Notes: generated by a model not told the origin, from the sequence alone. Positions 8,776 through 18,497 are shown, numbered from the stretch's first letter. The stretch: DNA of 28,846 nucleotides from an uncultured Acidimicrobiia bacterium (GCA_964471875.1 CAYYIA010000001.1:1-28846), one strand, 5' to 3'. Numbers and translations are program-made.

Positions 8776-9558
8776 CTACACCAATCGACTCAGGTCCACC
8801 TTCCGCACCGCATCTCCGGCACCGCTGATCGGGCTGATCGAGATGACGCCCTCTTCGCCGGCGCCGACGTCGGTGGTGCCGTCGATGCCGTCGGGGGCGT
8901 GCACCAACCCGCCGTAGGAGTGCACGTACACGCCGGGGCTCTGCTCGGCGAAGAGGCGGTCGTAACCGACCCGTCCCACGCGGGTGATTCTGCGCGGAGT
9001 GGTCGCATCGGCGCGATCCGGGATGCCGACGTTGAGGACATCTCCAGGCGATAGGAGCGGGTAGGCGTCGGCGACGATGCCGACGGCGATGCCGGCGACC
9101 CGCTCCCACATCTCGGTGGCGTCGGGGGTCAGCGACCAGGCCTTCCACTCCTTCCAGTCCACGATCTCGGAACCGGTGGAGAAGGCGATGCCGGGTACCC
9201 CGGCGATGCCCGCTTCGAGGGCGGCGGCGGCGGTGCCGCTCGACTGCAGGTAGGCGGTCCCGTGGTTGTACCCGATGTTCACCCCCGAGACGACGACGTC
9301 GGGCTTGGTGGGAGAGAGCACGTGGATGCCGAGTTGCACGCAATCGGCCGGGTACCCGCTGCAGGTTCGGACCTCGACACCGCCGACGGTGCGGCGCTCC
9401 ACGGTCACGGGATCGAATCGGGTGATCGCCTTGGCAACCCAGGAACGCTCCTGATCCGGAACGACCACGGAGACCTCACCCAGCGATTGCAGGGCCCGGG
9501 CAAAGGGGATGAGGCCGGGGGCGTCGATACCGTCGTCGTTGGAGAGCAGGATGCGCAT
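8776..9558 (-). CDS. surE: 5'/3'-nucleotidase SurE
   Basis: MRILLSNDDG, GYPADCV, VSGVNIGYN, SGTAAAA. Start at 9558 supported by TACCGT -10 box 7 nt upstream. Confidence 0.9.
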   Translation of the reverse strand: MRILLSNDDGIDAPGLIPFARALQSLGEVSVVVPDQERSWVAKAITRFDPVTVERRTVGGVEVRTCSGYPADCVQLGIHVLSPTKPDVVVSGVNIGYNHGTAYLQSSGTAAAALEAGIAGVPGIAFSTGSEIVDWKEWKAWSLTPDATEMWERVAGIAVGIVADAYPLLSPGDVLNVGIPDRADATTPRRITRVGRVGYDRLFAEQSPGVYVHSYGGLVHAPDGIDGTTDVGAGEEGVISISPISGAGDAVRKVDLSRLV

Positions 9559-9634
9559 TCCGGAAACGGTACCCGGGAACCGGACGGTGCCGGGATATCG
9601 TCCCAATGGAGACCCCACCACGAAGGACCCGTCC

Positions 9635-11860
9635 ATGCGCCGGATGCTCACCCTCGTCGCCGTCCTCGCCATCGCCGCCTCGGCGTGTACCTCTGACTCG
9701 ACCCAGACGACCTCGGGAGGTGGACTCACCTCGGGCCTGACCTCGGGGTTCAACCCCCGCAACCTCACGTTCTCGGCGCGGCTGGTGCCGTTCTCGGCGT
9801 GTGACGCCGTGCTGGCGCACTTCCAGGCCGAGGCGCTGGAGCGGGTTGGCCCGTACGGTCTCGACGGTGGCCCCTATTGGTACGGCCCGGTGATGGCCGA
9901 GGGCGACGTGGTGCGCTAGGACTCCAATGACATGGCCGCCACGACCGTGGCAGGGTCGCTTCCGACCCCCACCGGCACCGAAGGCGGGGACGGCTTCTCC
10001 GGCACCAACGTCCAGGTGGCCGGCGTCGACGAGCCGGACATCGTGAAGACCGACGGCACCCGGATCGTTTCGATCGTCGACGGGGTGATGCGGTACGTCG
10101 ACGTCACCGGCGAGAACCCCGTGCTTCGTGACGAGGTCCGCCTGGAATCGGGCTGGGGACACCGCTTCTTCATCAGCGGCGATCGCGCCTTCGTCTTCTC
10201 CCAGGGTGACATCTGGGCGATCCCGATGTTTGCCGAGGATGCCGCTCGCATCGCCCCCGGAGGCTGGGGAGCCCCGGTGTCGATCGTCCAGGAGGTCGAT
10301 CTCAGCGATCCCGACTCGCTGCGGGTGGTGCGCACCGTCCGCCTCGACGGTACCTACCTGAGTGCCCGCGCCATCGGGGACACCGTGCGCATGGTGGTGT
10401 CGTCGTACCCGGCGCAGCTCCCCTTCGTGTACCCCTCCAATCCCAATGCCGAGGACTTCGCCCTCGAGGCCAACCGCCAGATCGTCCGCGACTCGAAGAT
10501 CGAGACCTGGCTCCCCGGCTACACCACCTACGACGCCTCCGGCAACGAGACCGCCTCGGGTCTGCTCGTCGACTGTGCCCGCATGCATCGCCCCGAAGAG
10601 TTCGCCGGCTTCGACACCCTCTCGGTGACGACCCTGGATCTCGGTGCCGCGCTCGAGATCGGCGGGGGCACCGGGGTGATCGCCGAGGGCCAGACGGTGT
10701 ATGCCTCGCAGGAGGCGTTGTACGTCTCGACCAACGTGTACATCCCAGACGACGCCTGGGAGCGGTTCCCCAACGACATGCCGCTCCTGGAGCAGACCTA
10801 CGAAACGGCGATCCACAAGTTCGACATCGCCGGGGAGGGTCCCGCCGAGTACCTGGCGAGCGGATCGGTGGAGGGTCACCTGCTCAACCAGTTCGCCATG
10901 GATGAGCACGAGGGCTTCCTCCGCATCGCCACCACCACCGGTACCCCTTGGGGTGGTGACGACTCCGAATCCCAGGTCGTGGTGCTGGCGGAACGCGATG
11001 GAGCGCTCACCGAGGTCGGATCGGTGGGCGACATGGGTGAGGGCGAGCGCATCTACTCGGTGCGGTTCATCGGCGAGACGGGTTACGTGGTCACGTTCCG
11101 CCAGGTGGATCCCCTCTACGTCCTCGACCTGCGCGACCCGGAGCATCCGGTGATCTCGGGCGAACTGAAGATCCCGGGATACTCCGCCTATCTCCATCCG
11201 ATGGGTGACGGTCTCATCCTCGGCGTCGGTCAAGACGCCGACTCCGACGGTCGCACTCTCGGCGCCAAGGCGACGATGTTCGATGTCTCCGACCCCGCCA
11301 ACCCGCGCGAGATCGGGTCGTGGTCGAAGCGCGACGGGTACACCGACGTCGAGTGGGACCACCTGGCATTCCTCGCCTGGGCACCCGAAGACATCGCGGT
11401 CCTGCCGCTGTCGCTGTGGCAGGAGCAGTTCTTCGGCGCCGTCGTGCTGAAGACCGATGACGGGTTGCGTGAGTTCGGCCGGATCAGCCATCACCGCGAG
11501 GAAGGTGCTACCCCCACCACGGATTGCCGCATCGTCGAGACCACGGGCGACGCCAAGGCGTCGGGGATGGTCGTCCTGGTGTGCGGTGAGGACGAGATCG
11601 GCGGCTATGCCGGCACCTACTGCGAACGCATCCCTGCCGTGGAGGCCCGGTCCTGGGTGGAGCAGTCCTACGGGATCGAGATCGGAGAACTCAGTGACAC
11701 CGACCGCGTCGAGATCTGCTGGCCCGACTACGCCAACCAGGATCCGCAGATCATGCGATCGCTCGTGATCGGCGACACGCTGTGGACCCTGTCATGGAAG
11801 GCGCTGCAAGCGAACTCGATCAGCGACCTGTCGGTGGAGCAGACGATCTGGTTCAACTAG
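9635..11860 (+). pseudogene. Beta-propeller-domain lipoprotein interrupted by one in-frame TAG (9917-9919)
   Basis: ORFs 9635-9919 (lipobox AASAC, LVPFSACD..L..F..EAL..VGPYGL) and 9932-11860 (FSGTNVQVAGVDEPDIVKTDG, YVVTFRQVDPL) share a frame and are separated only by TAG GAC TCC AAT GAC. Confidence 0.7.
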
Positions 11861-11870
11861 AGGGGTGATC

Positions 11871-11929
11871 GCAGAAAGCAGATGGCAGATGGCAGATGGA
11901 ACCCGATCTGCAATCTGCTGTCTGCCGTC
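11871..11929. repeat. Heptamer inverted repeat cluster (GCAGATG x3 / (A/G)TCTGC(A/T/C) x3)
   Basis: gcagaaa-gcagatg-gcagatg-gcagatg ... atctgca-atctgct-gtctgcc, between convergent genes; could act as a bidirectional terminator. Confidence 0.85.
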
Positions 11930-11953
11930 TAGTCGGTCGGCCAGGCCGATCGA

Positions 11954-12244
11954 CTACCTCTTGAACCACCCACCCACTCGGCCGGCACCGCGTTTGGCAC
12001 CGTCCACGGCGGAGATCGCCATGCCCTTGCTCTTGTCGGCGGCGCGGCGGGCGCGGGGAAACTCCCGGCCGAGGATCGACAACCCGGCAATGATCACCAG
12101 GGTGCCCGGGCCGGGAAGGACGAGCAGCGCCACTCCCGCAGCCACGGTCGAGCCGCCGGCCACGGCCACGGTGACCCGGCGGGCATGGCGGCTCATCGCC
12201 GGACGGGCGGCGGGTTGACTGCGTTCAGGGACGGTGGTGGCCAT
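11954..12244 (-). CDS. PGPGW-domain small membrane protein
   Basis: GVALLVLPGPGTLVIIAGLSILGREF..AR motif; start may be the downstream MSRHAR. Confidence 0.8.
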   Translation of the reverse strand: MATTVPERSQPAARPAMSRHARRVTVAVAGGSTVAAGVALLVLPGPGTLVIIAGLSILGREFPRARRAADKSKGMAISAVDGAKRGAGRVGGWFKR

Positions 12245-12315
12245 CGGTTCTTGGACTCGTGATCGTGCTCAGGGGTTGCGCGTTACTCAACCACGGCGGC
12301 GGCTCAGGACTTCCG

Positions 12316-12395
12316 GGGATCGGGGCAATGGGCGATGGGCAACCGCCCGGCTGGCAACGCTCATTGCTCATTGCGGGAAACGGGCAACGGGTATA
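12316..12395. repeat. Heptamer repeat cluster (GGGC(A/G)A(T/C), GCTCATT)
   Basis: gggcaat-gggcgat-gggcaac, gctcatt-gctcatt, gggaaac-gggcaac; intergenic. Confidence 0.75.
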
Positions 12396-12404
12396 ACCCC
12401 CCCA

Positions 12405-12446
12405 CCGACCGGACGGAGTCCGGTCGGCTCCCCCACAAAGGGGGAG
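12405..12446. terminator. Twin GC-rich hairpins (terminator or REP-like)
   Basis: CCGACCGGA-cggag-TCCGGTCGG and GCTCCCC-acaaag-GGGGAGC, starting 3 nt past the stop of the 12450-14261 gene. Confidence 0.55.
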
Positions 12447-12449
12447 CGA

Positions 12450-14261
12450 TCACTTCTTCCTTGCCACCAGCACCAGGCTGTCGAGGCGCCACCGGTTGGC
12501 GGAGCGCAGCGGACTGGTCACCATTCGCACTTCCTCGAGTCCCGTCTCGGCGAGGAGGCGGCGCAGATCCTTGCGGGTGAAGTGCCAGATGTGCTTGTGC
12601 GGCTTGAGCGTCCACCACCTGGTGCGGGTGAGTCGCGCCGCCAGTGAGTCGAACCGCGGGCAGGAGAGAGCGACCACCCCACCGGGGCGGATGAGTCGCA
12701 CCGCGGCGTCCATGAATGCCTTTGGATCGGGGACGTGTTCGATGGTGTCCCAAAAGGCGACCACGTCGTAATCGGCGGCGGGGAGATCCACCACCTCCCC
12801 CACGAAGATCTCGGTGCCGAGGCGCTGTGATGCCATCTCGGCGGCGACGGGCGAGAATTCGAGCCCACCCACGGAGTAGCCCCGGCTCTTGGCGGCTTCG
12901 AGGAACATGCCGTAGGCGCACCCCACCTCGTAGAGGCTGGTGCGACGGCCATCGCCAAGTGCGGCGTCGATGAGATCGAGACGGCCATCGGACCAGGTGC
13001 GCTGCAGACCCTTGGCCCCCTCGGTCTTGTACACACCCGAGTCGAAGTAGGACCTCGCCCCGTAGAGGGCAAGCCGTCCTTCGTGGTTGAGTCGTGGGCT
13101 CATGAAGGCCTGACCGCAGGTGGGGCAGGTGACCAGAGCGAATTGGTCGAGTTGCCACCGTCGCTTTCCGGCGACTCGGCAGCGAAAACAGACGGCATTC
13201 TCGAAGTGCTCGGCGGGGTAGGTACCCCAGCGTCCCGGTCGCATTCCACTCGCTTTCGATCGGTTCCAGACGATCGCGGCGAAGGCTCCCGCGACGGTGG
13301 GCACAGCGTAGGTGAGGAAGCGAAAGACCAGGACGCCGGCCGCCACCAGAGCCGAATCGGCGCTGTCGAGTCCCGTGGCGAGCAGCCCGGTGAGTCCGAC
13401 TTCGGTGACCCCCAGGGAACCCGGGGTGATCGGGATCGCCGATATGAGCCGTACCAGGGCGAAGGCGGCGAGCACCGACGCCCAGTGCACCTCGTCGGCG
13501 TCAACCCCGATGTCGCGCAGCGCCACCAACAGGCAGGCGTAGAGAGAGAGGTGGTAGGCGAGTGTGGTCGCCATCAGTCGCAGCCAGCGAGTACCCACGG
13601 CATCTCCGAGGACGTCGAGGAACCGCTGGGAAGGCGAGTCGTCGGGATGGGGAGGCTTGTGCATCCGACGACGCACCCAGGCGACGAAGCGGTCGATGGG
13701 GCGGAGGACGCGATCCTTGAGGTGGGAACGCAGCACGACGACGATGGCCAGTGATGCCACGAGGAGGGAGGCGATGCCGATGAGCGTCCCGCTCACCAGG
13801 CTGGGCATCTCGACACCGCTCATGGCTGCGGCTGCCAACGCCACCGCCGGGAGCAGCATGCGGGCGAGGTTGTTCCAGATGCCGGTGAGGGCGACCGAGG
13901 CTCCGATTTCGGCGCCGGTATGGCCCCACCTCCCCAGCATCACGTAGGTGATGCCGACGCCGATCGCGCCACCGCCCGGGATGGTGTTGGCGGCGGTGGT
14001 GGCCACGGTGCGCGAGTAGAGGGCGCGTCCGAATCGCAGCGAGGGGATCACCGCCATCGTGGGGAGCGGTCCGATCAGGAAACTGATCGTCGCCACCGCC
14101 ACCAGCCATACCAGCCCCGTAGCCGACACCCCCTGGATGGCCCGCCACACCTCGTCGTAGTCGGCGAGCGCCGGCATGAGCCCGAGGAAGGCGACGCCGA
14201 TGAGAGCCGCGGTGATGAGGCCGACGAGGACGCGGCGCAGGCGGGGCGAGGGAGCGGACAC
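12450..14261 (-). CDS. Fusion: LPG-synthase-TM/YbhN (flippase-like) membrane domain + Zn-ribbon class I SAM methyltransferase
   Basis: N-terminal ~335 aa multi-TM (ANTIPGGGAIG, IPITPGSLGVTE, VFRFLTY); C-terminal CxxC...CxxC, EVGCAYG (motif I), DVVAFWDTIEHVPDP; TACACT -10 box 7 nt before GTG. Confidence 0.82.
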   Translation of the reverse strand: MSAPSPRLRRVLVGLITAALIGVAFLGLMPALADYDEVWRAIQGVSATGLVWLVAVATISFLIGPLPTMAVIPSLRFGRALYSRTVATTAANTIPGGGAIGVGITYVMLGRWGHTGAEIGASVALTGIWNNLARMLLPAVALAAAAMSGVEMPSLVSGTLIGIASLLVASLAIVVVLRSHLKDRVLRPIDRFVAWVRRRMHKPPHPDDSPSQRFLDVLGDAVGTRWLRLMATTLAYHLSLYACLLVALRDIGVDADEVHWASVLAAFALVRLISAIPITPGSLGVTEVGLTGLLATGLDSADSALVAAGVLVFRFLTYAVPTVAGAFAAIVWNRSKASGMRPGRWGTYPAEHFENAVCFRCRVAGKRRWQLDQFALVTCPTCGQAFMSPRLNHEGRLALYGARSYFDSGVYKTEGAKGLQRTWSDGRLDLIDAALGDGRRTSLYEVGCAYGMFLEAAKSRGYSVGGLEFSPVAAEMASQRLGTEIFVGEVVDLPAADYDVVAFWDTIEHVPDPKAFMDAAVRLIRPGGVVALSCPRFDSLAARLTRTRWWTLKPHKHIWHFTRKDLRRLLAETGLEEVRMVTSPLRSANRWRLDSLVLVARKK

Positions 14262-14280
14262 TCAGGGAAGTGTAAGGAGA

Positions 14281-14404
14281 GGGGCTAGGGGCTAGGGCTA
14301 GGGGCGAAGGGCGAAGGGCGAAGAGCGAAAAGGCGAACCGTCGGCCTACCTGCTGCCTGCTCCCTGGTGCCTTGCTGGTGACTGGCGACTGGAGACTGGA
14401 GACT
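14281..14404. repeat. Heptamer repeat cluster (GGGGCTA, AGGGCGA, CCTGCT(G/C), GG(A/C/T)GACT)
   Basis: Several consecutive 7-nt-period runs; one run matches the 177-236 unit. Confidence 0.85.
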
Positions 14405-14411
14405 TCCTTGC

Positions 14412-17144
14412 TCACCACTCCGTCAGCAGCCACACCTCCGGGCTCCAGGCTTCTCCCGTTCCCGTGGTGATCTCGGTGAAGAGCGACACCGCTTCCGTGA
14501 GCGATGCCATCGAGGCCTCGCTCTTGCCGGCTCGATGCAGGGCATCGGCCATCGTGTTGTGCAGCACGGCCATGAGGTGGCGGTCGCCGCTTTCGATGGC
14601 CAACTCGAGCGCCTCGCGGGCGAGACGCACGGCCTCCTCGGGGTCCGAGGCGGCCGCCGCCAGGTTGTTGAGGACCGCCATGCGCTCTGCCGGCTCGGCG
14701 GCACCGGTCAGGGCCCGACGCAGGTGGCCGAGGCGTTCGTCGCCGGTGGCCATCAACCCCGCAACGTTCTCGGCGCGCGTCGATGCCCGGGCGCTGGCGG
14801 AGTCCGCTGCCAATCGCAGGGCCTCCATCACCAGGGGACGAGCCGCCGCGGGCCCGCGTCGCTTGCCCTCGATGAAGGCGCGATCGGCGGCCACGATGGC
14901 GCGCAGTTCGGGGTCGGCTGCCTGCTCGGCGGCCCGGTCGTAGTGGGCAGCGGCGAGGTCCCAGCGCTGCAGTCGGCGGTGGATCTCTCCGAGGCGATGC
15001 TCGACCACCGGATCCGGGCCACCCTCGGCCAACGCCGCCTGGTAGCCGGCGACCGCCCGGTCGTAGCGTCCGGCGAGCAACGCACTGTGCGCTGCCGACC
15101 GGTGCAGCGTCGCCCGCTCGGGATGCCCCGCGGCGAGTGCGGATTCATAGTGCTCGATCGCCTCGCCGTGGGCGAAGACCGCGGCGGCCTCGTCGCCGGC
15201 CACGCGAAACCAGGTGGCGGCGAGACGATCGTCGCCGGCAGTGAGGCGGTGTCGGGCGATGCGGATGGCGGAACCCGGGCGCGGCCGTGCCTCGAGGGCA
15301 ACGGCGGCGCGGCGGTGGAGCAGGCGCCGACGAGCCGCGGTGTGACGGCCGGTGACCACGGCGGCGAGGTACTCGTGGGCGATGGTGACCGTGCCGTCGT
15401 CGGATTCGCCCACCATGCCCCGACGGGTGAGGGAGTCGAGGGCGTTGTCGGTTTCGTCGAGAGACCGTCCCGATACCGCGGCGAGCAGCGATGGATCGGC
15501 ATGACGTCCCACCACGACCACGGCGTCGAGCACCTGAGCGGCGGCACCATCGAGGGCGGCGATACGGTCGGTGAACAGTCGGCGCACCTGATCGGGCACC
15601 GCCTCGGTGCGGCCCCCGGCGGCGGCGCGGATCGCTTCGGTGACGAACAGCGGCAGCCCACCGGTGCGTCCGGTGAGTTCCCTCGCGTCGAGATCCACAC
15701 CGGCGGTGGCGATCAGTGCGGCGATGTCGTCTGCCGTCAGGGGTTCGAGGACGACCGTGGTTCCCCGGCGTGCCAGATCGGCAAGCATCGCCGCCACCGG
15801 GCCCTCTTCGGGGGCGTCACCCGCGGCCGAACCGACGACGAGCGAGATGCCGAAGCGGCGGGACCGCGCCGCGAGAAAGGCGATCATCTCGGCGGAGGCT
15901 TCGTCGCAGCGGTGGGCGTCGTCGACGATCAGTACCGGGGCAGGGAAGGCGGCGATGACGCGTGCCATGGCGTCGAGAAAGCGGGTCCGGGTCCCGGTCT
16001 CGGTTCGGGGTGGTGTCACCGAGAGACCGGGGAACACGCGCGAAGCCTCGGCGAGGACGGGGGCGGGAAGCATCGTCACCCTGCGGACCACGTCGGGATC
16101 CGATAGGGCCTCGAGAAGGGCGTCGTGGATCACTCCGAAAGGGATGCCCACGCCGGTGGCCGTGCCGCTGCCGGCGAGCACCGTGGCGCCATCGTTGCGC
16201 AACCGCGTCGCGATCTCGTGGAGGAAGCGGCTTACCCCCATTCCCGTCGATCCGACGGCTGTGGCCATCCCTCCCGGTGTGGCGATGGCGGCGAGGGCCA
16301 CGGCGAGTTGTGGGTCACGACCGAGCAGCGGCAGCGATACCGCGGTGGGCTCAGCCACTGCGGGCAGCGGACGACGCACCGGCGCCGGAGCACGGGGCAG
16401 GTCCTCTTCGAGGATCGCCTCGTACAACTCGGTCGTCTCCTCGAGGGGAGACACGCCGAGTTCGGTGTCGAGGGTCGCCACCAGACTGCGATAGGCATCC
16501 ACGGCACCGGAGCGATCACCCGACCAGGCCCGGAGCAGCATCAGACGGCGGTAGGCGTCCTCGTTGAGAGCGTCGATGCCGGTCCGACGGGTGGTCGTGT
16601 CGATGGCCGCTGCGTAGTCGCCGGCGGCGGCCTGAACGGCAGCGAGGCGTGTGAAGAGCCGGTCGGCGCGTCGGCGCACCTGCTCGTTTCGGGTGCGGAC
16701 CCACGACTCGAACTCGGGAGCGTCGCGCAGCACGAACCCCGACATGAACTCGCCGCGGTAGAGCGATGCCGCGTGGCGAAGGGCCGGCAGGCAGCGCGGG
16801 CAGGTGGCGGTGGCGTCGTGGCCGTGGAGGTCGTCGATGGCAGCGTCGAACTCGTCGAGGTCGATCGACATGTCGGCGTCCTGGACGGAGACCGCGGCCC
16901 GGTCGGCCTCCACCCAACGGTTGCCGAGTGCGGTGCGGAGCGTGGACAGCGTGCGGCGCAGGCTGGAGCGCGATTTCTCCGGATCCCCGTCCGGCCAGAG
17001 CAACTCGACCAATCGGTCCCGCGGGTGCTCGCCTCCCTCGACGGCGAGGTAGGCGAGCAGGGCCACGGCTTTGCGCGTGTCGACCTGCAGTGGGGCGCCA
17101 TCGACGGCCACCTCGGGCGATCCGAGAAGAGAAAGAGAGAGCAC
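14412..17144 (-). CDS. SARP/AfsR-like transcriptional regulator (wHTH-BTAD-AAA ATPase-TPR)
   Basis: LSLLG.PEV, RKAVALLAYLA, RDRLVELLWP, LYRGEF, E.AYRRLM; NTPase region with Walker B VLIVDDAH; helical repeats at the C-terminus. Confidence 0.9.
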   Translation of the reverse strand: MLSLSLLGSPEVAVDGAPLQVDTRKAVALLAYLAVEGGEHPRDRLVELLWPDGDPEKSRSSLRRTLSTLRTALGNRWVEADRAAVSVQDADMSIDLDEFDAAIDDLHGHDATATCPRCLPALRHAASLYRGEFMSGFVLRDAPEFESWVRTRNEQVRRRADRLFTRLAAVQAAAGDYAAAIDTTTRRTGIDALNEDAYRRLMLLRAWSGDRSGAVDAYRSLVATLDTELGVSPLEETTELYEAILEEDLPRAPAPVRRPLPAVAEPTAVSLPLLGRDPQLAVALAAIATPGGMATAVGSTGMGVSRFLHEIATRLRNDGATVLAGSGTATGVGIPFGVIHDALLEALSDPDVVRRVTMLPAPVLAEASRVFPGLSVTPPRTETGTRTRFLDAMARVIAAFPAPVLIVDDAHRCDEASAEMIAFLAARSRRFGISLVVGSAAGDAPEEGPVAAMLADLARRGTTVVLEPLTADDIAALIATAGVDLDARELTGRTGGLPLFVTEAIRAAAGGRTEAVPDQVRRLFTDRIAALDGAAAQVLDAVVVVGRHADPSLLAAVSGRSLDETDNALDSLTRRGMVGESDDGTVTIAHEYLAAVVTGRHTAARRRLLHRRAAVALEARPRPGSAIRIARHRLTAGDDRLAATWFRVAGDEAAAVFAHGEAIEHYESALAAGHPERATLHRSAAHSALLAGRYDRAVAGYQAALAEGGPDPVVEHRLGEIHRRLQRWDLAAAHYDRAAEQAADPELRAIVAADRAFIEGKRRGPAAARPLVMEALRLAADSASARASTRAENVAGLMATGDERLGHLRRALTGAAEPAERMAVLNNLAAAASDPEEAVRLAREALELAIESGDRHLMAVLHNTMADALHRAGKSEASMASLTEAVSLFTEITTGTGEAWSPEVWLLTEW

Positions 17145-17160
17145 GGCGCCGGAGGCTACC

Positions 17161-17222
17161 CGTTACGGTGTTGGTGGCGCCCGGTGCCCGTAACGCTGCC
17201 GTAGCGGCCGATTCTGTAGGTT
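17161..17222. promoter_or_regulatory. Divergent promoter region with CCGTAACG boxes
   Basis: Plus strand: CCGTAACG (17188-95) and CCGTAGCG (17199-206), 11-bp period, then TAGGTT (17217-22) 6 nt before ATG 17229. Minus strand: CCGTAACG (17161-68) next to the TAGCCT -10 box of the regulator. Confidence 0.65.
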
Positions 17223-17228
17223 GCCGCG

Positions 17229-18482
17229 ATGCGTGACGGGGTCGAAGCGAGGGAGGCTGCTGCCAAACGGAGGGTGTGGTGGCGCTGGCCGGTGCTGGTG
17301 GTGCTCGTCGCCGCGACCCTGACCTGTGTCGCCGCCTACGAGATCTGGTTTCTCACCACCGATCTGGACACCGTCGCCAACAACTTCGCCATCCCCTGGG
17401 CGAAGGTGGTCGATCTCCTCCTCTCGGTGAACGCGTTGTTTTGGATGGTTCCCGGACTGGTGGTGTTGCGTCGGGCGAACTGGCATCCGGTTGGGTGGAT
17501 GCTGTTGGCAACCGGACTCGGGTTCTCGCTGAGCTTCGACATGGCGGAGCCCGAGGTGTGGGACGTGCTCGGGGTTCCGCATCATTGGGCGGCCTGGGTG
17601 GCCGACGGGTGGGGCAACTCGGTGTCGTTTGCTTTCACCGCCCTTCTCCTCTGCGTCTTCCCCGCCGGGATTCCCCAGGAACCGAAGGCGCGCCGCTGGA
17701 CATGGATCCGCATCACGGTCGCACTCACCGGGCTTGTCGCATCGGGTCTGGGTACAACCGTTGGGGGTCACGAGGACGCCACCTTCGACAGGAGGAGCTT
17801 CGACAACCCGACGGGTCTTGGAATCATCCCGATCGAGGTGGCGGGATGGATGTTCCTGCTGATCCTGATGAGCATGGTGGGAGCCGCCATAGCGCTGTGG
17901 CGGCGATCCCGCAGTGCCACCGAGCTTCAGCGCGGCCAGTACACCTGGGTGCTATTCCCCTTCGGTTTGATGATCACCACCGTGCTGGTGTCGATCCCTC
18001 TGTCCGGCCTGCTCGGAGACGGCGTATGGCTCGGCGCGGTCTGTATGTACTTCCTTGTTCCGATCGCGTTCTCGATCGCCATCGTGCGCCAGCGCCTGTT
18101 CGATATCGATCGCCTCGTGAGTCGCACGGTGAGTTACGCCGCCATCGCCTTGGTCATCGCGGCGGTCTATGCCGTGCCGGTGGTGATCCTGCCGAACTTG
18201 CTGGGGTTATCGAGCGATCTGTCGGTGGCGTTGGCGACGCTGGCGGCAGCGGCGGTCTTCAGCCCGGTGCGACGGCGGCTGCAGTCGATGACGGCGCAGC
18301 GGTTCGATCGGGATCGGTATGACGCCGAGCGGGTGGTGGCGGCCTTCTCGGGGAGGCTGCAGACGGCGGTGGATCTCGGTGTGTTGACCGACGAGCTGAG
18401 GAGTGCGGTCGGCGTGGCGCTGCGCCCCGCCGCGGTCTTCGTGTGGTTCAACGATTCCGTAACGGTTCCGGAACGATCCTGA
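17229..18482 (+). CDS. Multi-TM sensor-like protein 1 ending in an N-terminal GAF fragment
   Basis: About 10 TM segments; R.Q..W, IAI.R.RLFDIDRLVSRT, RFDRDRYDAE...VDLGVL.DEL...LRPAAVFVW; no output domain. Confidence 0.8.
   Translation: MRDGVEAREAAAKRRVWWRWPVLVVLVAATLTCVAAYEIWFLTTDLDTVANNFAIPWAKVVDLLLSVNALFWMVPGLVVLRRANWHPVGWMLLATGLGFSLSFDMAEPEVWDVLGVPHHWAAWVADGWGNSVSFAFTALLLCVFPAGIPQEPKARRWTWIRITVALTGLVASGLGTTVGGHEDATFDRRSFDNPTGLGIIPIEVAGWMFLLILMSMVGAAIALWRRSRSATELQRGQYTWVLFPFGLMITTVLVSIPLSGLLGDGVWLGAVCMYFLVPIAFSIAIVRQRLFDIDRLVSRTVSYAAIALVIAAVYAVPVVILPNLLGLSSDLSVALATLAAAAVFSPVRRRLQSMTAQRFDRDRYDAERVVAAFSGRLQTAVDLGVLTDELRSAVGVALRPAAVFVWFNDSVTVPERS
18446..18475 (+). promoter_or_regulatory. Triple 11-bp-period repeat upstream of the phosphatase gene
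   Basis: gttcAACG-att-CCGTAACG-gtt-CCGGAACG. Confidence 0.6.
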
Positions 18483-18497
18483 GCGAGGGTGGGTGAC

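Noticed and set aside
9917-9919. Pyrrolysine or genetic-code reassignment of TAG
   Set aside because: Several intact genes in the window (surE and those ending at 11860, 24006 and 25561) terminate at TAG; no pyl genes are seen.
9476-11494. Long antisense ORFs (also 23975-25510, 14535-16106, 18783-20087, 27587-28816)
   Set aside because: They lie opposite well-supported genes, have Arg/Gly/His-rich shadow composition typical of high-GC DNA, and show no motifs.
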